The notes beneath the pieces are model-generated. The model was not told the DNA's origin. It made no database searches and saw only the letters and a program-made list of their open reading frames with translations. Shown one piece after another: positions 46,457 through 54,053 of a DNA stretch of 54,075 nucleotides. Both the position numbers and the translations under genes were made by a program. The DNA comes from a virus (taxonomy: Duplodnaviria; Caudoviricetes): IMG/VR virus record IMGVR_UViG_3300027896_000056, positions 1 through 54,075 of that record. One strand, 5' to 3'. Every line of letters starts with the position of its first letter. Within the stretch, counting starts at the first letter, position 1.

Positions 46457-47077
46457 TTAGCCAGGTCCGTGACCATTACCCCAGCCATCACCCTTAGCAG
46501 GTTGATATCCAGTTTCTTCCCAACGCTTCTGAATACGAGTTTCGACTTCCTCGAAAGACAGAGGCTCATAGTTGGTGTGTTCAACCGAGACACAAAGGTA
46601 GCGGGGATCAGGTTCACGCGCCAGCGTATTCATGGCATTTAGTGGACGCCACTGCACCTCATTCGCATGAAGGTGCCCATGCACATTGACACGGAATCGA
46701 CCAGACACACAATCAGGGTGCAGCGGAATATGGCTCAGAATGAACTGATCCACAAACACCCGAACGCCATACAGAGTATCAAAGCCAACATCACGGTAAT
46801 CCTGATTCTTAAAGATATCGTGATTGCCAAGAATAAGACGCTTCTTACCGTTCAGACGCTTGACATGATGCAAAGACTTGCGATTGATCACCACATCGCC
46901 CAGATGATAAACGGTGTCATTAGGGCCAACCTTAGCGTTCCAACGCTCTACCATCGTTTCGTCCATTTCCTCAGTGGAAGTGAACGGGCGAAGAGGCTCG
47001 CCGTTGGGCAGCTTGAACTTTTCCCAACTGTTGGTGTGACCAAAGTGTGTGTCACTGATTACAAAACGATTTCCCAT
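46457..47077 (-). CDS. calcineurin-like phosphoesterase
   Basis: SDTHFGH, HLGD, GNHD, SHIP, HGHLH. Confidence 0.9.
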   Translation of the reverse strand: MGNRFVISDTHFGHTNSWEKFKLPNGEPLRPFTSTEEMDETMVERWNAKVGPNDTVYHLGDVVINRKSLHHVKRLNGKKRLILGNHDIFKNQDYRDVGFDTLYGVRVFVDQFILSHIPLHPDCVSGRFRVNVHGHLHANEVQWRPLNAMNTLAREPDPRYLCVSVEHTNYEPLSFEEVETRIQKRWEETGYQPAKGDGWGNGHGPG

Positions 47078-47135
47078 TTCTATTTCCTTTCAATGTAGAA
47101 GACGCTCTACATCAAAGGCGGTAGAGTGTCAAGAT

Positions 47136-47426
47136 TTAATCGTCACTTTTTATTGAAACATTACCGAGTACAGCGACCGTGAACGAGGTCAAAAGAAGCA
47201 CTAGCAAAAATGTCCCAGCACCATATTCATCTACGAACCAAGCAGTGCTTACTACGATGCCTGACATCAACGCTACCAAACCGAAAAGCGATGCAATAGC
47301 TTTGGTGATAGTCCAGATGCCAATGACCCATCTATCACTTATTTCTTTGAGAGAAATAAGAAGATCGTCAAGCTTGGCGAACTCAAGAGTTATTTTTAAG
47401 TTTTTCTTCATGAAGGGTAATTTCAT
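47136..47426 (-). CDS. membrane protein
   Basis: Two hydrophobic helices. Confidence 0.55.
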   Translation of the reverse strand: MKLPFMKKNLKITLEFAKLDDLLISLKEISDRWVIGIWTITKAIASLFGLVALMSGIVVSTAWFVDEYGAGTFLLVLLLTSFTVAVLGNVSIKSDD

Positions 47427-47571
47427 CTTTTAGTCTCAGCTTTTCTTTTTTCAACTCAACGACCTTTTCGTCGGGCTGTCTAGTGTGAACCAATGTGTTG
47501 ATTTCTTGCTGCACCCGATGGTGCTTGTTTTTTAGCTCGTTAAGGTGATGTCTAACTTTATCAGGATTCAT
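47383..47571 (-). CDS. DUF465/YdcH-like coiled-coil protein
   Basis: L..KH...I..LKKEKLRLKDEI. Confidence 0.75.
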   Translation of the reverse strand: MNPDKVRHHLNELKNKHHRVQQEINTLVHTRQPDEKVVELKKEKLRLKDEITLHEEKLKNNS

Positions 47572-48055
47572 GTATTTCCTCTTTTGTTAAAGCCTCTATT
47601 AGGCGATATTTTTCAGCAAGATCGTCATACTTGTCATATGACATTGCAGCCAAATCAGGATACTTTGCTTCTAATTGCAGGTCACGTTTGTCAGGTCTCA
47701 TGCGAAACCAACGTGTATCGTGAAAATGCGGATCGATGTTTTTCTTTCCGGAAAGATAAGGAATTCGTCTATCATGACGGTTTTTATTGTGGTTGAAAGT
47801 TAGATATTCTCTAATGAGAATAATTCTACCATCACCCTCGCATGTCTTGCACTTTTCACGAAAAGTAGCATAATCTCGTTTGTGATAGTCAACGAGTTCT
47901 TCTCTTTCTATGAAACCAAACCCCTTACATCTATCACAAAGCTCAACTGTGTGTTCGATAACAGTATCGCCTGTGATGATTTCTGGAGTGAGTTCTCTTT
48001 GCTTACGTTCGTCCCACGTTTCAGCAATTTTATCAAATTCAGTTTTTTCAGCCAT
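47561..48055 (-). CDS. protein with DnaJ-type zinc finger
   Basis: CDRCKGFG..CKTCEGDG. Confidence 0.7.
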   Translation of the reverse strand: MAEKTEFDKIAETWDERKQRELTPEIITGDTVIEHTVELCDRCKGFGFIEREELVDYHKRDYATFREKCKTCEGDGRIILIREYLTFNHNKNRHDRRIPYLSGKKNIDPHFHDTRWFRMRPDKRDLQLEAKYPDLAAMSYDKYDDLAEKYRLIEALTKEEIHES

Positions 48056-48105
48056 TCTTGCTTATACTATATATGCAAGGTTTAGTCAATCAAAAAGGAA
48101 ACCAC

Positions 48106-48138
48106 AAAAAAACCGCCAACATTTCTGTCGGCGGCTTA
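48106..48138 (-). terminator. rho-independent terminator after tRNA-Gly
   Basis: GCCGCCGACA/TGTTGGCGGT followed by U tract on -. Confidence 0.7.
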
Positions 48139-48145
48139 TTGATTC

Positions 48146-48220
48146 TGGAGCGGATGATGGGATTCGAACCCACGACCTTCTCGTTGGCAACGAGAAGCTC
48201 TACCACTGAGCTACATCCGC
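48146..48220 (-). tRNA. tRNA-Gly(GCC)
   Basis: GCGGATG acceptor, anticodon GCC, TTCGAAT, CCA. Confidence 0.95.
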
Positions 48221-48380
48221 GTTAAAACTTCAAAATCTCTGGGAGACATTCCCGGCAGATTTTTATACTTACATCTGAAATGTGCATATGCACCCGTCAG
48301 ATGTTTACCTATGTAAAACTCTTTTAACTTCTTATGATAATATACATTCATAAGTTGTACCCGCGTTAAAAATATTTATC

Positions 48381-49034
48381 TTAGAACTTGTAACCGATGT
48401 TAAAAGTTGTCTGCTTACTGATAGTATAATCATCAGTGTAAATGTTTGTTACACTCACGTTGACATGATCAGTTATGTCTAGAACCAGTGAAGCCTTGTT
48501 GCGAATGTAATCATGGCTCTTACCATGTTCGATCAGAAACTTCTCGTCAATGTGAGTCTTTGATGTAAACTTGTAACTGGCCCAAATGCTTTCACGAACT
48601 ACAAATTCATTGAGTCCCTTTGCTTCGGTGATGCCTGCAGATGTTTCAAAACTCAACTTTGCAATATCGTTGTGAATCAGGCGGTATCCATTACCTACAC
48701 CAATGACAACCTTATCCTTATAAACTCCAAGCTCATTGTGTTCATAGCGGCCTGATGCTTGCAGATAGTTATGCGAGTCTAGATTATAATCTACCTTAGC
48801 AAACGAATCAAATTCGTTCTTTAGTAGCATTCCCTTAGTGTCGTTATACGCATAATCTAGGTTCAAATAACGCTGCCATCTGCTATCTGTGTTCTTGTGT
48901 TCATAATCAAATGAACCTGCAATCACAGTGTTATCAGAATTTAGGATGTTGCCGCCTATTGTTCCCTGAACAGTGTCTGCCATAGCAGGCGTTGATGCAA
49001 ATACAGCAGCAAAAAGAATAAGTAGTTTCTTCAT
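48381..49034 (-). CDS. DUF481/YdiY-like outer-membrane beta-barrel
   Basis: Signal peptide (AMA), alternating beta strands, C-terminal GYKF. Confidence 0.75.
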   Translation of the reverse strand: MKKLLILFAAVFASTPAMADTVQGTIGGNILNSDNTVIAGSFDYEHKNTDSRWQRYLNLDYAYNDTKGMLLKNEFDSFAKVDYNLDSHNYLQASGRYEHNELGVYKDKVVIGVGNGYRLIHNDIAKLSFETSAGITEAKGLNEFVVRESIWASYKFTSKTHIDEKFLIEHGKSHDYIRNKASLVLDITDHVNVSVTNIYTDDYTISKQTTFNIGYKF

Positions 49035-49192
49035 CGTAGTTCCTTATATCATTAGAAATACTAGTCCTGCAACAGCCCGGGTCGGGCATTTAACGTCTTT
49101 GACAGCAGTTCGTAGTGTATGACTTACATAGCGCCCATATGATTTAGCCTATTTGTTCGCTTGATTTCTCAAGTATGCAAGTTATCTAAATT

Positions 49193-49266
49193 TGGAGCGG
49201 GTAACCGGGTTCGAACCGGTCTCTTTAGCTTGGAAGGCTAAGGCACAACCCCTATACCATACCCGC
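49193..49266 (-). tRNA. tRNA-Gly(TCC)
   Basis: GCGGGTA acceptor, TTAGC-CTTCCAA-GCTAA, CCA. Confidence 0.93.
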
Positions 49267-49267
49267 A

Positions 49268-49957
49268 TTATTTCTTATTTATTATTCTACCCTTCATCCA
49301 TCCGTCCGGAATAGTATCTGAGACTAGAATCTTTTTATTTTCAATGCCATTAGTAATCCACATAGTGCCATATTGTGAGTTTTTCTCACCCTGTGAATGT
49401 CCTATCTTAGCGTAAATCTCTTTCTTTTTTAACCTTACTTGTTCAGTGTTCATCGCTGCGATTCCGGCTTTAGTTGATTCGCGCATACGATTTGTATACT
49501 CCATGTCAACATTCCATTTTTTTCTATGCGATGCTTGCCGTCCGGTTTGTGCTGCTTTCTGTAGCTCAGTGAACCAATCAGCGCCGTGTTTCTCTTCCAT
49601 CTTACGATTTGCAGATTCACGACCTTTTCTCGCTACGTCAGGATTCGAAAATCCATATAGCTTGTTCTTATTTATATAACCGAAACCACCTGTTCCGCCC
49701 AAATTAAGGTTATATGTATCGTCTCTACTACAGTATTCTTCGTTAACCAATTCCTTTTCTTTTGCATTCATTTCATGTTCAGTGTCAAACACAAACAAAA
49801 TCTCTTTAGAAAAGTTCTCAATTCCGTATTTTTTCTTGGCAGCAAGTAATACCTTTCCTGAACCCATGTAACCATCATCTAAATTAGATGTTTCATGTTT
49901 CCCTATGTAGGTTTTACCATTTATCAAATTTGTTATTTTATATACAGTGTAAAACAT
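49268..49957 (-). CDS. GIY-YIG (Seg-like) homing endonuclease in tRNA cluster
   Basis: VYKITNLINGKTYIGKH..YMGSG..YNL..GG.GG; TATAAATA upstream. Confidence 0.88.
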   Translation of the reverse strand: MFYTVYKITNLINGKTYIGKHETSNLDDGYMGSGKVLLAAKKKYGIENFSKEILFVFDTEHEMNAKEKELVNEEYCSRDDTYNLNLGGTGGFGYINKNKLYGFSNPDVARKGRESANRKMEEKHGADWFTELQKAAQTGRQASHRKKWNVDMEYTNRMRESTKAGIAAMNTEQVRLKKKEIYAKIGHSQGEKNSQYGTMWITNGIENKKILVSDTIPDGWMKGRIINKK

Positions 49958-50033
49958 AATACTATTTATATGTTCTCGGAAAAATAGAGAAAGTCTTACA
50001 CAATTGCTTTTTCTATCTTACCGAGACCCTAAG

Positions 50034-50109
50034 TTGCGGGGGTCGGATTTGAACCGACGATTTCCGGCTTATGAGACCAGCGAGGACGACCAGACTCCTC
50101 TACCCCACG
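50034..50109 (-). tRNA. initiator-type tRNA-Met(CAT), CCA not encoded
   Basis: C1:A72 mismatch, CGTGGGG acceptor, anticodon CAT, TTCAAAT. Confidence 0.85.
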
Positions 50110-50120
50110 ATATTAAACTT

Positions 50121-50195
50121 TGGAGCGTCAGGTTGGATTCTCACCAACGTCCCCTTACTTTGCAGGCAAGTGCATGAATACTCTGCCACCGACGC
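50121..50195 (-). tRNA. tRNA-Cys(GCA)
   Basis: Anticodon GCA, U73, CCA; non-canonical T loop TGAGAAT. Confidence 0.85.
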
Positions 50196-50200
50196 ATTAA

Positions 50201-50309
50201 ACTATTTTGAAGAACACACTAAAGTTTCAGTCTTTCAACAAGGAAAGCATATCAGTAACTTATTTAATGTCGCAAACTTACGACTCCTTAATGTGTTCAT
50301 CAAAATAGT
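50201..50309 (-). ncRNA. long-stem hairpin RNA candidate
   Basis: ~24-bp terminal stem enclosing ~60-nt loop. Confidence 0.5.
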
Positions 50310-50329
50310 CTAATATTATTTAGTCCTAT

Positions 50330-51150
50330 TTCTTTGTGAAGCATGAGATTACTGCTTCTAGTGAGAGCCTTTGAGCCGTACCGAGTCCCTTGCGAGGATC
50401 GTTAACCCGTTATCCACTAGAGCCTTTGACGGTCATCTAGTATCTCTCAGTGCTGCCTTTTTTAGAGTCTGGCGTTTGACTCGTCATATCATGCTATTCG
50501 ACTATCAATCTTCCGCTAGCCTTGCGAGCTATTCGGTTCCGCTAAGAACCTACGTCTTCAATCCAATCAATCACTTCAGCCTTGCGAGCCTCCATGAACC
50601 CAATTCACTTTCGCGTCAGGTATTAAGCACCTTTCACATGATACCGTAGCAGTCTTTGCGTTTTGTTTGATTTGCGATCAAAATTAAAAGTTTGGGCAAA
50701 AACTGGTAACCTACCAAGATGTGCTGCTCCAGTTGCTCCATACCTTGTTAGATACAGAATACAACACACCTCATGTCTTTTGCCTTGCGGGCTACTCAAC
50801 CATACTTCACGGATCCGGAGCAAGTGTCCTCCTTCTTCGCTTGTATTGCTATCTTGCCTTTCCTTGCGGGTCAGACTCGATAACTACCTGTTAACCTTCG
50901 ATATTCGTCAGTTTGGCTGTACATCGTGAGAGCGCCAACCCTCTTATCTACTCACCGATTTGGCTCTGTAGACTATCCCTTTCGGGACGCTATACCTGAC
51001 TTACTACCTACCGCCTTTCTACGGACGGGCCTTTCGGCTAGTTCAGGCTTGCATAGATGGACTTGTATTGCTACAAGCGCAAGTTTATAGGAAACCTTGC
51101 TTTGACAGAGATTACTCCCTGCTACCCTAATGAGGCTATGCCCCCAATTC
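50330..51150 (-). ncRNA. large structured ncRNA, GOLLD-like
   Basis: ~820 nt, no credible ORF, nine or more GCAA/GAAA-capped hairpins on -, upstream promoter, tRNA-cluster location. Confidence 0.7.
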
Positions 51151-51200
51151 TTATATTCAATTTTCAAAGAGCTAAGACAGTTTACTGTCTTGATGTAATC

Positions 51201-51229
51201 AGTATATCAAAGTTCGTAACCGTTGTCAA
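51201..51229 (-). promoter_or_regulatory. sigma70-type promoter driving large ncRNA/tRNA operon
   Basis: TTGACA-17-TATACT, A-rich UP element. Confidence 0.75.
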
Positions 51230-51255
51230 GAACTTTTTTACTTTTTTAAAAGTTT

Positions 51256-51489
51256 TTATTCAGCTTCTTCGCGGGTCCCATCTGCGTACTGAAACAGTGC
51301 TACTGCCAGTTCGCGCGCCTGAGCCTTAGTCAGTTGCAGATACCACCAACCAAAGTCAGGCTTGTCGCGCTCAGACTCCGGCTTCTTGAAAGTCAGTTGA
51401 ACGCAGTTACCATTGTCAACGCCACCATAGTAGCTAACCATAGAAACGTCGCCAGTAAGACCTTCGACACCCTTGAGTTGAGTAGACAT
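51256..51489 (-). CDS. hypothetical protein
   Basis: AAGGA RBS, own TTGACA promoter. Confidence 0.7.
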   Translation of the reverse strand: MSTQLKGVEGLTGDVSMVSYYGGVDNGNCVQLTFKKPESERDKPDFGWWYLQLTKAQARELAVALFQYADGTREEAE

Positions 51490-51590
51490 TTGAAATTCCT
51501 TTCTTCGCTCTTGATATACTCTTATAACAAGATATCAGGCCAATGTCAAGAACTTTTTTGCCTATTTACGAAAAAAGTTTGGAAGAGGAA

Positions 51591-51808
51591 GAGTAAGTGA
51601 TAGACAAAACAATATGCAGCGATCAACCCCCACGGGTCAATCTATAAACACTAAACACTAAACAAGCTGCAAAAATAGCGTATACCCAAGCAAGCAATTC
51701 ACAAATCTGAATAAAGCCTGGTTCATGCTATTATAAGCGTTTCGAGCGCCGAGCTGTAAAGTATCATCCGATACCAGGGTGTCTACCCTAATCTCTCTTT
51801 CTCTCCCC
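51591..51808 (-). ncRNA. ~220-nt structured RNA candidate downstream of coiled-coil gene
   Basis: 5' GGGAGAGAAAGAG pairs with 3' CTCTTCCTCTTCC (12/13); internal TGTTTA x3. Confidence 0.5.
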
Positions 51809-51836
51809 GGTAACATCCGAAGATGCTACCAAACTG

Positions 51837-52397
51837 TTAGAGGATATCCTCATTAGTCAGTGTTGCAACTGTCTCGTCGGACAATTCAATGGTCGTGCGA
51901 ACATTAAGTTCAAGCAACTCATCCTGCAACTTCTGCTTTTCCTTCTTTGCCTTGACAGCAAGACGATTAAGGGTCTTGATGTCATTCTGGGTAAAGATAG
52001 AAGTTTCTACTTCTGCCTTAGCATAGTAGCTATCTTCCGTGCGGTTGGCAATCTTCACGAGCTTGCCACGAATGACTTCACCGTCCAAACGTTCCTTAGC
52101 CTTGCTATGAGCAGCGAAGAAAGTTACTTCCTTTTCTAGAAAAGCAAGATCAGCGAGGCGACCATCAATGTCGTTAGCTGCGTTAGCAGATGCAGTTGCC
52201 TTGCGAATCTCATAGAGACTACGGAGCAGTGCATTACGACGGTTGATATTTTCAAAGAAGGTCGTTGACGCAGTAGCGATCACTTCTTCTGGCTTCTGGA
52301 ATTCATTGATGCTGATTTCAGCCTTGAATTCAATGCCCTTAAGAGCTTCGTTGATTGCAACCTGAATTGCGTTTGCCTTACGTAGCGAAACTTGCAT
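51837..52397 (-). CDS. coiled-coil protein
   Basis: AAGGA RBS; helical; LQDELLELN..T.IEL. Confidence 0.75.
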   Translation of the reverse strand: MQVSLRKANAIQVAINEALKGIEFKAEISINEFQKPEEVIATASTTFFENINRRNALLRSLYEIRKATASANAANDIDGRLADLAFLEKEVTFFAAHSKAKERLDGEVIRGKLVKIANRTEDSYYAKAEVETSIFTQNDIKTLNRLAVKAKKEKQKLQDELLELNVRTTIELSDETVATLTNEDIL

Positions 52398-52467
52398 TCT
52401 TCTTTCCTTTGTGTTTCATTACTTATACTATAAACCAATATGATAATCAATCATTTTGGGTAAACTT

Positions 52468-52544
52468 TGGTAGCAGTAGCAGGATCCGAACCTGCGACCT
52501 TCCGGATATGAGCCGGACGCTCTGACCAACTGAGCTATACTGCC
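52468..52544 (-). tRNA. tRNA with CAT anticodon (elongator Met or Ile2)
   Basis: GGCAGTA acceptor, TCCGG-CTCATAT-CCGGA, CCA. Confidence 0.9.
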
Positions 52545-52547
52545 ATA

Positions 52548-52925
52548 TTACGTAAAAGTCTTCAACGCTTTCAAATCGTCACCGATCTTGTCTTCACTGA
52601 TAGGGCCAAGACCAAGACAAGTCGTAGTTGGTTCATTGAACACAGTGAATCCAGCATCAGTTACAAGACTCGTGCCGCAGATGTTCTTATACTTTTCCTG
52701 GAGAGCCTTAAGCTCGTCAACAGTATCTACGATAAGAGTAATCTTGTAAGCACGGTCGCTATTCATATATGCTCGTACTTGATCTATAAAGCACTTCTCA
52801 GGATTCAAAGAATCCCAATAAGCATGTAGATAAGCATGACCTGCTTGAGTACACATCTTACCACGAATACCGTTCATCTTTGCAACGCTTTCTTTAGCGA
52901 AGATGCAGTACATTTTAACTTTCAT
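52548..52925 (-). CDS. pth2: peptidyl-tRNA hydrolase PTH2 family
   Basis: GKMCTQAGHA, KITL, DAGFTV, TCLGLGP. Confidence 0.85.
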   Translation of the reverse strand: MKVKMYCIFAKESVAKMNGIRGKMCTQAGHAYLHAYWDSLNPEKCFIDQVRAYMNSDRAYKITLIVDTVDELKALQEKYKNICGTSLVTDAGFTVFNEPTTTCLGLGPISEDKIGDDLKALKTFT

Positions 52926-53083
52926 CGTTTGAACTTTCGTTTGCCAAAGTGATTTGTCCACGCTTCATCTGTGTAGGCAGGTCCTTGTCTACTCAGAAGA
53001 AGGTCTTTTTCATAAGGATCCAAACTGATCCATTCTTCATGAGTATAACGCTTGCCTGACTTAGCTAATGTCATAGCTGGCAT
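52922..53083 (-). CDS. small protein (53 aa, not in ORF track)
   Basis: GGAGGA RBS; ATGA overlap with pth2. Confidence 0.6.
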   Translation of the reverse strand: MPAMTLAKSGKRYTHEEWISLDPYEKDLLLSRQGPAYTDEAWTNHFGKRKFKR

Positions 53084-53182
53084 ATTATCCTCCAATTATT
53101 GGTCGGTAGTTTCAAGACTTACCGAGGTCTAGTGGACTTACAGAGACCAGCGTTACTGTAAAGATATCTTGCCACAAAACTT

Positions 53183-53278
53183 TAGGGGGAAAGTAGGGAC
53201 TTGAACCCTAGTCAACACCGCTGCCACGGCTGCTTTATACTGGCAGGTATAATGCTGTCACGCACCATGCCCTTCCCC
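53183..53278 (-). ncRNA. atypical tRNA-like RNA
   Basis: Acceptor GGGGAAG/CTTTCCC, T arm TAGGG-TTCAAGT-CCCTA, long variable arm, 6-nt anticodon loop, 3' CTA. Confidence 0.6.
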
Positions 53279-53284
53279 GTTAAT

Positions 53285-53360
53285 TGGTAGACGATCCCGG
53301 GCTCGAACCGGGGGCCTAGGGATTAAGAGTCCCGCGCTCTGCCAACTGAGCTAATCGTCC
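53285..53360 (-). tRNA. tRNA-Lys(CTT)
   Basis: GGACGAT acceptor, anticodon CTT, TTCGAG, CCA. Confidence 0.93.
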
Positions 53361-53450
53361 ATATAAACTGTCCGTTTTGTTTTCAACGACTACGGGGAGA
53401 ACTTAATCTCCTTCAGGCATTGGTTCAGCAGACGGTACTGCTTATTGATA

Positions 53451-53557
53451 AAACAATTTAGAAGGATACTGCCCGTATCTTAGTAGCACACGTAGTCTAC
53501 CCAAATAACTATCCTGCAGGTATAGTCCAAACTGAACAGCACCCGTCTAAGTTGTCT
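53451..53557 (-). ncRNA. long-stem hairpin RNA candidate
   Basis: AGACAACTTAGACGGGTGCTG pairs with CAGTATCCTTCTAAATTGTTT (G-U wobbles, 2 mismatches). Confidence 0.45.
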
Positions 53558-53634
53558 TCAAGCAACGAGAAGCTAGTCCACTTAGCAATAACTAGCAATA
53601 TACGAAAGACCACTCGGAGCTTCTCGTCACTTGA
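53558..53634 (-). ncRNA. long-stem hairpin RNA candidate at start of tRNA operon
   Basis: TCAAGTGACGAGAAGCT / AGCTTCTCGTTGCTTGA 17-bp stem just after TTGACA promoter (53665-53670). Confidence 0.5.
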
Positions 53635-53678
53635 TATACTAGATATACTATACTTCTCGTTGCTTGTCAACCGTTTTT

Positions 53679-54053
53679 TTACTTTTTCAAAGTTTCTTTC
53701 TTACAATATACACTTTCGCTGTAATAACCATTTGAAGTTCCGAGGAACCGAATAGTCACATACCCCTTGAAGGTTGCGAAGTTGTAGAAGGTCCACGTAT
53801 AGGATTCTTCATCCAATTTTGGTCCATCCGCATTGTGATCTTCACGAGCGATTAGCAATGGCCAACCTGCGAGGTCTTCAAGATCACCGGTGATATCCTC
53901 AACCACCACTGATTCGCAACAATCTTGATCATGATAAAGCACATAACATACTTCATCGTTTTCAAAAGTTACAGTGTCTATGTTGGACGTAACCTTAGAG
54001 AAGGTCTTACCAAGCATATCATTAACGTCTACATGAGTATCACGCCAGCCCAT
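53679..54053 (-). CDS. conserved phage protein
   Basis: YHDQDCCESV..TWTFY..T.KGYV.IR..G.SNGYYSE. Confidence 0.8.
   Translation of the reverse strand: MGWRDTHVDVNDMLGKTFSKVTSNIDTVTFENDEVCYVLYHDQDCCESVVVEDITGDLEDLAGWPLLIAREDHNADGPKLDEESYTWTFYNFATFKGYVTIRFLGTSNGYYSESVYCKKETLKK

Noticed and set aside
49050-49190. Further ncRNA between tRNA-Gly(TCC) and the beta-barrel gene
   Set aside because: Only short, weak helices found; insufficient support by eye.
50071-51329. ORFs 50071, 50371, 50623, 50663, 50973 and 51057
   Set aside because: No RBS or motifs; they overlap tRNAs and the GNRA-rich RNA.
53183-53278. tmRNA end or tRNA-Sec
   Set aside because: No G3-U70 alanine identity or tag ORF, and no UCA anticodon.
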